From the IMG/VR virus record IMGVR_UViG_2923302340_000008: 35,686 nt of DNA; one strand, given 5' to 3'. The translations under genes were made by a program, and so were the position numbers. The notes under the pieces were generated by a model. The model was given only the letters and a program-made list of their open reading frames with translations, did no database searches and was not told the origin of the DNA. The DNA is from a virus. Lineage: Duplodnaviria; Heunggongvirae; Uroviricota; Caudoviricetes. This document shows, piece by piece, positions 17,314-28,775 of the stretch (positions are counted from its first letter, which is position 1; every line of letters starts with the position of its first letter).

Positions 17314-17529
17314 ATGAAATCCATGGATAAGTTAACAACGGGCATCGCCTACAGCACCTCTGCAGGCAGTGCTGGCTACTGGTTTTTACAGTTGCTCGAT
17401 AAAGTCACGCCCTCACAGTGGGCGGCAATAGGTGTATTGGGTAGTCTGGTATTTGGCATGCCGACGTATCTGACAAACCTTTATTTCAAGATTAAAGAAG
17501 ACAGGCGTAAGGTTGCGAGAAGAGAGTAA
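17314..17529 (+). CDS. Class II holin (S21-like pinholin)
   Basis: 71-aa product with dual start MKSM and motif [15 protein letters not shown]…[13 protein letters not shown]…[15 protein letters not shown] resembling recalled S21. GGAGG RBS. Confidence 0.8.
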   Translation: MKSMDKLTTGIAYSTSAGSAGYWFLQLLDKVTPSQWAAIGVLGSLVFGMPTYLTNLYFKIKEDRRKVARRE

Positions 17530-17533
17530 TCCA

Positions 17534-18085
17534 ATGACTCAAGACTATGAACTGGTTGTGAAAGGAGTTCGCAATTTTGAGAATAAAGTGGCGGTAACTG
17601 TAGCCTTACGGGACAAAAAACACTTTGACGGTGAAATTTTTGACCTGGACATCTCGCTGGACCGTGTTGAAGGTGCCGCGCTGGAGTTTTATGAGGCAGC
17701 AGCCAGAAGGAGCATCAGACAGGTCTTCCTGGATGTTGCTGCCGGGTTATGTGAAGGGGATGAGCAGTCGCCGGAAAAGCGCCCCATAATTTTAGAGGCG
17801 CAGAATGTGTGGATAACCTACAAAGGAAAGCTACCGGGAAGAATTACTGGTTCTCTGAAGACGCCACCGACGGCATTGCGGTCAGAAAAAGATGATATTG
17901 AATCGCCCATTGAAAAACTGGAGGGCAGCGTCGCTGATCTGAATAAAAAATTGTCGGTGCTGATTCCTTCTGAAGATGAAAAAAAACGCCGCGATGAGCA
18001 GTTTGCGGCGTTTTACGATTATTGCATTGAAGTTACTCGCAGGAATTTTGTGAAGATTTTTGAGGAGGGTAAATCTCTTCAGTAA
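17534..18085 (+). CDS. Hypothetical protein between holin and endolysin
   Basis: 183-aa acidic ORF at the position Qin ydfR occupies. Weak RBS. Family unknown. Confidence 0.45.
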   Translation: MTQDYELVVKGVRNFENKVAVTVALRDKKHFDGEIFDLDISLDRVEGAALEFYEAAARRSIRQVFLDVAAGLCEGDEQSPEKRPIILEAQNVWITYKGKLPGRITGSLKTPPTALRSEKDDIESPIEKLEGSVADLNKKLSVLIPSEDEKKRRDEQFAAFYDYCIEVTRRNFVKIFEEGKSLQ

Positions 18086-18293
18086 GCTTATTGGCGGACG
18101 CTGCAATTAATTCAGGAAGGTCCGCAAGGTCATCTGTCAGTGGATATGATGAAAAATCGGCGGCAGTTCTGTTAAGAAGCGCTTTAACTAATTCCTTTTC
18201 CTTCTCCGGCAACAAGTTGATTAGAGCTACGACTGCTTGCCTGAGTGCGATTAAATCAGCAAAAGTTTGTTTAGGTAGATTTGTGTAATCCAT
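18033..18293 (-). CDS. Hypothetical small acidic protein (opposite strand within lysis cassette)
   Basis: 86-aa ORF with a GAGG RBS about 5 nt upstream. It is convergent with the upstream ORF. Confidence 0.3.
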   Translation of the reverse strand: MDYTNLPKQTFADLIALRQAVVALINLLPEKEKELVKALLNRTAADFSSYPLTDDLADLPELIAASANKLTEEIYPPQKSSQNSCE

Positions 18294-18405
18294 AGTCGCC
18301 TCTGTGTTTATCAGATTGACTCCTCCTCCCGCCAGTGCCCATCACTGGTGAGGTAAGATTTAACATATCCGGGGATTTGAAGCCGATAAATCCTGATAAA
18401 TATCC

Positions 18406-19433
<1,028 letters not shown>

Positions 19434-19793
19434 ATTAATATTAAATCGGATTATTTTTAGCGCTGAATGTGAAATTTAAATAAAAAGGACTCTTCCATGA
19501 GTCAAAATCCTTGAAATCTTAAGGGTAAGATAAAAGGTCATTAGACAGAATGACACGTTTTATTAATAAATAAAGCTATTGTTTCATTCGTGTGTTTTTC
19601 TTTACAAAAGTAATCCTTGCTATGGTTGGTTAATCATGCGTTAATGGTGTTCTGGTTTGTTACAAAATTATCTGAAGCAGTCATTGTTATAATTTTATTA
19701 TTTGTACCTCTTGAGATTTCCTTGTTGGTTTTTCTCTCTGATATTTTTTTTCGGACCATTCTGCCCAAGGGCTAACTTCTTCAAAAGGTAATA

Positions 19794-20009
19794 ATGATGT
19801 CTAACAAAATGACTGGTTTAGTGAAATGGTTTAACCCTGAAAAAGGTTTTGGTTTCATCACGCCGAAAGATGGTAGCAAAGATGTGTTTGTCCATTTCTC
19901 AGCTATTCAGAGCAACGATTTCAAAACGTTAACTGAGAATCAGGAAGTCGAATTTGGTATTGAGAACGGACCTAAAGGCCCCGCGGCTGTTCATGTTGTG
20001 GCACTTTGA
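19794..20009 (+). CDS. Cold-shock protein (CspB/CspI-like)
   Basis: [38 protein letters not shown]… carries RNP1/RNP2 cold-shock-domain motifs. A long AT-rich 5' leader precedes it. Confidence 0.9.
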   Translation: MMSNKMTGLVKWFNPEKGFGFITPKDGSKDVFVHFSAIQSNDFKTLTENQEVEFGIENGPKGPAAVHVVAL

Positions 20010-20213
20010 GGTAGAAAATATTACAAACCATATTCACTTTAGATGCCCGTGTTGCCATGGTTCTCAGTATAGAACATCATCTTTTGATGTTTCTGACAGG
20101 AATCCTTTCGGGGCAAAATGTATCTTTTGTAAATCAATGATGATTACATTTGATAATATTTCACAATACTTAAATGTTAGCCGTCTATCGTTAGATTTAA
20201 GAAAGTGAAAATG

Positions 20214-20236
20214 AAGGCTCCTTCGGGAGCTTTTTT
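20214..20236 (+). terminator. Rho-independent terminator
   Basis: AAGGCTCC-TTCG-GGAGCTT hairpin followed by TTTTTT. Confidence 0.7.
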
Positions 20237-20280
20237 GCTTAGTGTCTAGTCGATGGATACTCACATATTACGGTAACATT

Positions 20281-20511
20281 ATGAAAAAAATAATAGTTTT
20301 TTTTAACTCTGAACCAGCAATGGTAGTGCCAGTGATGACCGGAGTTAACACCATCATGCGTGAATATCCAAATGGCGAAACAACACACCTCACTGTAATG
20401 GCTGCAGGGTTTCCATCTCTGACCGGAGATCATAAAGTCATTTATGTAGCAGCGGATCGACATGTAACTTCAGAAGAAATTCTGGAAGCAGCAATGAGAC
20501 TCTTGAATTGA
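20281..20511 (+). CDS. Hypothetical 76-aa protein upstream of the gnsB-like gene
   Basis: ORF beginning MKKIIVFFNSEPAMVVPV…. Weak RBS. Confidence 0.4.
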   Translation: MKKIIVFFNSEPAMVVPVMTGVNTIMREYPNGETTHLTVMAAGFPSLTGDHKVIYVAADRHVTSEEILEAAMRLLN

Positions 20512-20680
20512 TTTGATTCTAATGCATTGATAATAAATGATAATCATCTTTATCTGTTTGTGTGAAATTTAGACCGTCGTATGTTGATTATTGCGATGTT
20601 TCATCTTATCTTTTATACGTTTGCTCCATATAATTGACACTACTGTGTACCAGGAAAGTCATAACAGACTAAAAGAGGAA

Positions 20681-20857
20681 ATGATGAACATTGAAGAGTT
20701 AAAAACAAAAACAGAAGCAGATATTTCTGAATATATAACAAAAAAAATCATTGAGCTTAAGAAAAAGACCGGGAAAGAAGTTACCAGTATCCAGTTTACT
20801 GCACGGGAAAAAATGACTGGTCTTGAAAGCTATGATATCAAGATTGATTTAATCTAG
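20681..20857 (+). CDS. gnsB: GnsA/GnsB-family small protein
   Basis: MNIEELKTKTEADISEYITKKIIELKKKTGKEVTSIQFTAREKMTGLESYDIKIDLI closely resembles recalled GnsB. AAGAGGA RBS. Confidence 0.75.
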   Translation: MMNIEELKTKTEADISEYITKKIIELKKKTGKEVTSIQFTAREKMTGLESYDIKIDLI

Positions 20858-21150
20858 TCTGTTTAGTATTAGCATCAATTTCTCATCAGATGCTATTCAA
20901 CAATACAAATTACCCATAAACCTCGTTTTTACGGGGTTTTGTTATATTTAAACATTACCGAATAGGTATAAATCTCGATTGTCGATGGTATTGGTTGTGT
21001 GACAATACCTAGTCTTTCCGGTATGCCTGAAGAGAATACAAACGACAGATTATGTAAGGGAAACGCGCTGAATCTTTAACTCTTTCATGCTGAGTGATTT
21101 GACGTTATATTTTTAGCCGTAAGTGAAGAGCAAACGCATGGAGCGACAAA

Positions 21151-21357
21151 ATGCATAAAGATCAATACACTGATGCCCCCTCCCAGGAGCAGGTTCGTGT
21201 AAAAACTATGCTTAATAGCACCATTTCGATGGGTTACCCGGATGTTGTAATTGCATGTATAGAACATCAAGTGTCTCTGGAAGCATTCAGGGCAATTGAG
21301 GCCGCGTTAGTAAAGCACGATAAGAATACGAAGGATTATTCCCTGGTGGTTGACTGA
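21151..21357 (+). CDS. Hypothetical small protein
   Basis: 68-aa ORF with a GGAG RBS. Family unknown. Confidence 0.35.
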   Translation: MHKDQYTDAPSQEQVRVKTMLNSTISMGYPDVVIACIEHQVSLEAFRAIEAALVKHDKNTKDYSLVVD

Positions 21358-21719
21358 TCACCATAACTGCTAACCATTCTGACCATTTCACAAGTGACAG
21401 AGTCAATATCGTATTCTGTCACTGTCAGGCTAATACAGCAATGCAATTCAACTACAGCAATGCCTCGTATTTAGGTGAATTTACAATATCGTCCAGTTCG
21501 GATGCCGGCTGCATTTCTGAAGATAAGGCATTTCGGTTCTCGTATTTTCCCCTCATGCTCGTCAGTCCTGCGCGTAGTAAGAAACAGGACACTCACACTA
21601 ATTTGTGTGGGCATGCTGTGATGTCCTTCTGAATTATCCCCATGCCATTATGTAAAGCTCTGTTACAGATGCTCGTCACGGTTGTCAGGCTGTCGGGTCC
21701 TCCCAGTGGGGGGCCCTGC

Positions 21720-21745
21720 CACGGGGCGGGAGCGTCGCGGAAAAA
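21720..21745. other. Candidate cos site (cosN-like)
   Basis: CACGGGGCGGGAGCGTCGCGG followed by an A/T-rich tract resembles recalled lambda cosN (…ACGGGGCGGCGACCTCGCGGG…). It lies about 190 bp upstream of the terminase small-subunit gene. Confidence 0.55.
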
Positions 21746-21909
21746 GGCTAGTTTTTGAAATTTTATTCGTCATCACCACTACTGTAATTGATTGATATTA
21801 CAGTTGTTTTAATTTTATGGTGTCGATTCTGATTGTTTTTTGTTCATCACTAACACCGTTTGCCTAAAGTTGTTCGCAAGATGCATGTTTAAAACATTCT
21901 GGAGCGGGT

Positions 21910-22404
21910 ATGGATCGAGAGTTAAAAAATCTGACGCTGAATATCAGTCAACTGGCGGCATTGTCAGGTGTACATCGCCAGACTGCTGCGGCAAGGCTGC
22001 AAAATCTACCCGTTGCAGGGGGGCATGAAAGCAACCTCAAGCTTTATCGGGTGGTTGATATTGTGTCGGCATTTCTGGCATTACCACCGCCGGTTGCAGA
22101 AGGCGAAATGGACGCGCATGAGCGCAAAGCCTGGTATCAGTCTGAACGTGAGCGTCTTAAGTTCGAACAGGAAACGGCACAACTCATTCCGGCCAGTGAT
22201 GTCAGACGGGAGTTTGCCATCTGGGCAAAAGCGGTCGTGCAGGTGCTGGAGACATTACCGGATATTCTTGAACGTGACTGCGGTCTGCAGCCTGCCGCTG
22301 TGAGCCGTGTTCAGTCCATTATTGATGATCTGCGCGATCAGATAGCCCTGCGGGTGACTGAAGCAGGTGCGGATGATGAGGAGGAATTACAGCAGGAGGA
22401 GTAA
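21910..22404 (+). CDS. Terminase small subunit (Nu1-like)
   Basis: 164-aa ORF with an N-terminal HTH and acidic C-terminus. It is immediately upstream of, and overlaps, the terminase large-subunit gene. Confidence 0.7.
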   Translation: MDRELKNLTLNISQLAALSGVHRQTAAARLQNLPVAGGHESNLKLYRVVDIVSAFLALPPPVAEGEMDAHERKAWYQSERERLKFEQETAQLIPASDVRREFAIWAKAVVQVLETLPDILERDCGLQPAAVSRVQSIIDDLRDQIALRVTEAGADDEEELQQEE

Positions 22405-24506
22405 TGCTGAATCAGGAAACCGCAAAGGCAGCACGAACCGATTCAGGTTATATCCTTCGCGCACCGAGACGAATGCGGGTTGCTGATGCCGTTGCTCAGT
22501 ATATGCGGGTGCCCATGGGGGCAGGGAACTCAGTCCCGTGGGATCCGCTGGTGGCACCGTATGTTATTGAGCCTATGAACTGCCTGGCCTCGCGTGAATA
22601 CGACGCAGTGATATTTGTTGGCCCGGCACGAACCGGCAAGACTATCGGCCTGATTGACGGCAGGGTGATTTACAACGTGATTTGCGATCCTGCTGATATG
22701 CTGATCATTCAGATGACGGAGGAAAAAGCCCGCGAACACTCCAAAAAACGACTCGCCAGAACGTTTCGCGTCAGCCCGGAAGTGGTCAGTCGCCTGAGTC
22801 CGAACAAAAATGACAACAACGTTTATGACCGAACATTCCTTGCTGGCAACTACCTGAAAATCGGCTGGCCGTCAGTCAATATCATGTCTTCATCAGATTA
22901 TAAATGCGTGGCGCTGACGGATTATGACCGTTTTCCGGAAGATATTGATGGTGAGGGGGATGCCTTCTCTCTTGCCTCAAAACGTACCACCACATTTATG
23001 TCCAGTGGTATGACGCTGGTGGAGAGTTCCCCCGGCAGGGATGTGAAGGATGTGAAATGGCGACGGACTTCACCGCATGAGGCTCCACCAACCACGGGGA
23101 TCCTGTCGCTCTATAACCGTGGCGATCGCCGTCGCTGGTACTGGCCCTGTCCACACTGTGGTGAGTATTTTCAGCCCTGCGGCGATGTGGTTGCTGGTTT
23201 CCGTGATATTGCCGATCCTGTGCTGGCAAGTGAGGCGGCTTATATTCAGTGTCCTTCCTGTTCAGGACGGATTTTGCCTGAACAAAAACGCGAGCTGAAC
23301 GGACGTGGGGTCTGGTTACGGGATGGTGAATCCATCAATGCAGATGGCAGTCGTTATGGTGATCCCCGGCGTTCACGTATTGCGTCATTCTGGATGGAGG
23401 GTCCGGCAGCTGCTTATCAGACACTCTCGCAACTCGTTTACAAACTGCTTACTGCAGAACAGGAATACGAGACAACCGGAAGTGAAGAGACACTCAAGAC
23501 GGTTATCAATACCGACTGGGGATTACCTTATCTTCCCCGCGCCAGCATGGAGCAACGAAAAAGTGAATTGCTTGAGCAGCGGGCAGAGCCAGTTCCTTCC
23601 CGCAGTGTGCCGGATGGCGTTAATTTCCTTGTGGCGACAGTGGATGTGCAGGCGGGACATCATCGCCGTTTTGTGGTTCAGGTAACGGGCTATGGCAGCC
23701 GTGGCGAACGCTGGATTATTGATCGTTACAACATCACGCAGTCATTGCGCGGTGACAGCGACGGGGAGAGCCAGCGAATTGATCCGGCCAGCTATCCGGA
23801 AGACTGGGATGTCCTGCTGACGGATGTTTTTCATAAAAGCTGGCCGCTGGCCTCCGATCCTTCTCAACAAATGCGACTGATGGCAATGGCGGTGGACTCC
23901 GGCGGTGAAGACGGGGTCACTGATAATGCCTATAAATTCTGGCGTCGTTGCCGTCGTGATGGCCTTGGTAAACGTATTTACCTGTTTAAGGGCGACAGCA
24001 TCCGGCGCGCAAAACTGATCACCCGTACATTCCCTGATAACACCGGACGAACGGGCCGACGGGCGCAGGCCGCAGGTGATGTACCGCTCTGGCTTCTTCA
24101 GACGGATGCCCTGAAAGACCGGGTGAATAACGCGTTATGGCGTGACTCGCCAGGTCCCGGCTATGTGCATTTCCCTGACTGGCTGGGGAGCTGGTTTTAC
24201 GACGAACTGACGTATGAAGAGCGGAGCAGTGACGGGAAATGGAGTAAGCCGGGTCGCGGTGCCAACGAAGCTTTTGACCTGATGGTGTATGCCGAGGCTC
24301 TGGTCATTCTGCATGGATACGAAAAGATCCGCTGGCCGGATGCACCGGAGTGGGCGAGCCGGGAAACCTGGCTGGAGTGTGTCCCGGACAGTACCGAACC
24401 GTCACCCACACCGGAACCGGTATCCACGCCTGTTAAAAAACAAAAACGGAAGAAAACAGTAACTGACGATGTTAACCCCTGGCTGACTTCCGGAGGATGG
24501 TTATGA
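22404..24506 (+). CDS. Terminase large subunit (gpA-like)
   Basis: 700-aa ORF with Walker A (VGPARTGKT), acidic motifs, and position between Nu1-like and W/portal genes. Confidence 0.85.
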   Translation: MLNQETAKAARTDSGYILRAPRRMRVADAVAQYMRVPMGAGNSVPWDPLVAPYVIEPMNCLASREYDAVIFVGPARTGKTIGLIDGRVIYNVICDPADMLIIQMTEEKAREHSKKRLARTFRVSPEVVSRLSPNKNDNNVYDRTFLAGNYLKIGWPSVNIMSSSDYKCVALTDYDRFPEDIDGEGDAFSLASKRTTTFMSSGMTLVESSPGRDVKDVKWRRTSPHEAPPTTGILSLYNRGDRRRWYWPCPHCGEYFQPCGDVVAGFRDIADPVLASEAAYIQCPSCSGRILPEQKRELNGRGVWLRDGESINADGSRYGDPRRSRIASFWMEGPAAAYQTLSQLVYKLLTAEQEYETTGSEETLKTVINTDWGLPYLPRASMEQRKSELLEQRAEPVPSRSVPDGVNFLVATVDVQAGHHRRFVVQVTGYGSRGERWIIDRYNITQSLRGDSDGESQRIDPASYPEDWDVLLTDVFHKSWPLASDPSQQMRLMAMAVDSGGEDGVTDNAYKFWRRCRRDGLGKRIYLFKGDSIRRAKLITRTFPDNTGRTGRRAQAAGDVPLWLLQTDALKDRVNNALWRDSPGPGYVHFPDWLGSWFYDELTYEERSSDGKWSKPGRGANEAFDLMVYAEALVILHGYEKIRWPDAPEWASRETWLECVPDSTEPSPTPEPVSTPVKKQKRKKTVTDDVNPWLTSGGWL

Positions 24507-24715
24507 ATCAGAATGATATTGAAGCCATGATTCAGCGTTATACGGAAGCTGAAATGGCGGCGCTGGACGGAAAATCCGTCACTTTTAATGGTCAGCAGAT
24601 GACCATGGAAAACTTATCTGAGATCCGGCAGGGGCGGCAGGAGTGGGAGCGCCGCCTTGCGGCTCTGATTACACGACGACGGGGGCATCCCGGGTACCGG
24701 CTGGCGAGGTTCTGA
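24503..24715 (+). CDS. Head-tail joining protein gpW-like
   Basis: 70-aa product whose C-terminus (…ITRRRGHPGYRL…) resembles recalled lambda gpW. GGAGG RBS. Its stop overlaps the portal start (TGATG). Confidence 0.65.
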   Translation: MNQNDIEAMIQRYTEAEMAALDGKSVTFNGQQMTMENLSEIRQGRQEWERRLAALITRRRGHPGYRLARF

Positions 24716-26223
24716 TGGCAATTCTTGATGATGTGATTGGCGTTTTTTCACCAGGATGGAAAGCGGCAAGGCTGCGTTCCCGAGCGGTGATCCAGGCTTA
24801 TGAGGCCGTAAAAACGACGCGGACACACAAAGCCCGACGGGAGAACCGAACTGCCGACCAGTTAAGCCAGTACGGGGCCGTGTCGTTACGTGAGCAGGCC
24901 CGTTACCTTGATAACAACCACGATCTGGTCATTGGTGTATTTGACAAGCTGGAAGAACGGGTGGTGGGGAAAAACGGGATTATTGTCGAGCCACATCCGG
25001 TATTACGCAATGGTGCCATTGCCCGTGACCTGGCAGCGGAGATACGTACCCGATGGAGTGAATGGTCTGTCAGTCCGGAAGTCACCGGGCAGTTTACCCG
25101 TCCGATGCTGGAACGTCTGATGCTGCGTACCTGGCTGCGCGATGGTGAGGTGTTTGCCCAGATGGTTTCCGGGCGCATAAACAGCCTGACGCCTTCTGCC
25201 GGTGTTCATTTCTGGCTGGAGGCGCTCGAGCCGGACTTTATTCCCATGACCAGTGATGAGAGCAACAGGCTGAATCAGGGCGTGTTTGTTGATGACTGGG
25301 GGCGTCCCGAAAAATATCTGGTGTATAAAAGTCGTCCTGTATCCGGACGGCAGATGGAAACCAAAGAAGTGGATGCAGAGCGAATGCTGCATCTTAAATT
25401 TGTTCGCCGTCTGCACCAGATGCGCGGGACGTCTTTATTGTCCGGTGTGCTGATCCGCCTCAGCGCCCTGAAAGAGTATGAAGATTCTGAGCTGACTGCA
25501 GCAAGGATCGCCGCTGCTCTGGGGATGTACATCCGGAAAGGCGACGGACAGAGCTATGAAACGGATGGTAATGACAGCAAGGAGAATGAACGCGAGCTTA
25601 CCATTCAGCCAGGCATTATTTACGACGATCTGAAACCCGGCGAAGAAATCGGAATGGTGAAGTCGGATCGTCCCAATCCTAACCTTGAAACTTTTCGTAA
25701 TGGTCAGTTGCGTGCCGTGGCGGCGGGCAGTCGTCTGAGTTTTTCCAGTACGGCACGCAACTATAACGGCACTTACAGCGCCCAGCGTCAGGAACTGGTT
25801 GAGTCTACTGATGGCTACCTGATCCTGCAGGACTGGTTTATTGGTGCCGTCACCCGCCCGATGTATCGTGCCTGGCTGAAACAGGCTGTGGCATCCGGTG
25901 TTATCAGGCTACCCCGCGATCTTGACCGTTCTTCACTGTATACCGCGGTGTATTCCGGACCAGTGATGCCGTGGATTGACCCTGTTAAGGAGGCTGAGGC
26001 CTGGAAAATCCAGATTCGTGGTGGAGCGGCGACAGAATCAGACTGGGTACGTGCTGGTGGTCGTAATCCGGATGATGTCAAACGTCGGCGCAAGGCCGAA
26101 ATTGATGAAAACCGCAAGCTGGATCTGGTATTTGATACCGATCCGGCCAGTGATAAAGGAGGCAGCAGTGCCGCAACGAAACGACAGGAGCCGCAGCACA
26201 CCGACGACCAGTCCGAAGAATAA
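24715..26223 (+). CDS. Portal protein (gpB-like)
   Basis: 502-aa ORF following gpW with translational coupling. Size and position match lambda-type portal. Confidence 0.8.
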   Translation: MAILDDVIGVFSPGWKAARLRSRAVIQAYEAVKTTRTHKARRENRTADQLSQYGAVSLREQARYLDNNHDLVIGVFDKLEERVVGKNGIIVEPHPVLRNGAIARDLAAEIRTRWSEWSVSPEVTGQFTRPMLERLMLRTWLRDGEVFAQMVSGRINSLTPSAGVHFWLEALEPDFIPMTSDESNRLNQGVFVDDWGRPEKYLVYKSRPVSGRQMETKEVDAERMLHLKFVRRLHQMRGTSLLSGVLIRLSALKEYEDSELTAARIAAALGMYIRKGDGQSYETDGNDSKENERELTIQPGIIYDDLKPGEEIGMVKSDRPNPNLETFRNGQLRAVAAGSRLSFSSTARNYNGTYSAQRQELVESTDGYLILQDWFIGAVTRPMYRAWLKQAVASGVIRLPRDLDRSSLYTAVYSGPVMPWIDPVKEAEAWKIQIRGGAATESDWVRAGGRNPDDVKRRRKAEIDENRKLDLVFDTDPASDKGGSSAATKRQEPQHTDDQSEE

Positions 26224-26236
26224 TTCCTGGTTCAGG

Positions 26237-28045
<1,809 letters not shown>

Positions 28046-28111
28046 ATTTTATAACCCATAACGGGCGTCAGAAATGACGCCTTTTTTATTGCAGAAAAGC
28101 GAGAGGTAATT

Positions 28112-28711
28112 ATGCGTAAACTTTATGCCGCCATTTTGTCCGCAGCCATTTGTCTGGCCGTATCCGGTGCGCCTGCATTGGTGTCTGAACATCAGTCCAC
28201 GCTGAGCGCGGGGTATCTTCATGCCTCGACGAACGTTCCCGGCAGCGATGATCTGAACGGGATTAACGTGAAATACCGTTATGAGTTTACGGACACACTA
28301 GGGATGGTGACGTCATTCAGCTATGCAGGAGACAAGAATCGCCAGCTGACCCATTACAGCGATACCCGCTGGCATGAAGACTCCGTTCGTAACCGCTGGT
28401 TCAGCGTGATGGCGGGGCCGTCTGTGCGCGTGAATGAATGGTTCAGCGCGTATGCGATGGCGGGTGTGGCTTACAGCCGTGTGTCGACTTTCTCCGGGGA
28501 TTATCTCCGCGTAACTGACAACAAGGGGAAAACGCACGACGTGCTGACCGGAAGTGATGACGGTCGCCACAGCAACACGTCTCTGGCGTGGGGAGCTGGC
28601 GTGCAGTTTAACCCGACCGAATCCGTGGCCATTGATATTGCTTATGAAGGCTCCGGCAGTGGCGACTGGCGCACTGACGGTTTCATCATGGGTGTCGGTT
28701 ATAAGTTCTGA
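28112..28711 (+). CDS. lom: Lom/Ail/PagC-family outer-membrane beta-barrel protein
   Basis: 199-aa ORF with a signal peptide and C-terminal aromatic residue (…GVGYKF). Its position between J and stf matches lambda. Confidence 0.8.
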   Translation: MRKLYAAILSAAICLAVSGAPALVSEHQSTLSAGYLHASTNVPGSDDLNGINVKYRYEFTDTLGMVTSFSYAGDKNRQLTHYSDTRWHEDSVRNRWFSVMAGPSVRVNEWFSAYAMAGVAYSRVSTFSGDYLRVTDNKGKTHDVLTGSDDGRHSNTSLAWGAGVQFNPTESVAIDIAYEGSGSGDWRTDGFIMGVGYKF

Positions 28712-28738
28712 TTAGCCAGGTAACACAGTGTTATGACA

Positions 28739-28764
28739 GCCCGCCGGTTCAGGCGGGCTTTTTT
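28739..28764 (+). terminator. Rho-independent terminator after lom
   Basis: GCCCGCC-ggttca-GGCGGGC hairpin followed by TTTTTT. Confidence 0.7.
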
Positions 28765-28775
28765 GTGGGGTGAAT

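Noticed and set aside
21441-22028. Short plus-strand ORFs (62-63 aa) around the cos-like region
   Set aside because: They lie in the region expected to hold cos and packaging signals, lack RBSs, and one overlaps the terminase small-subunit start.
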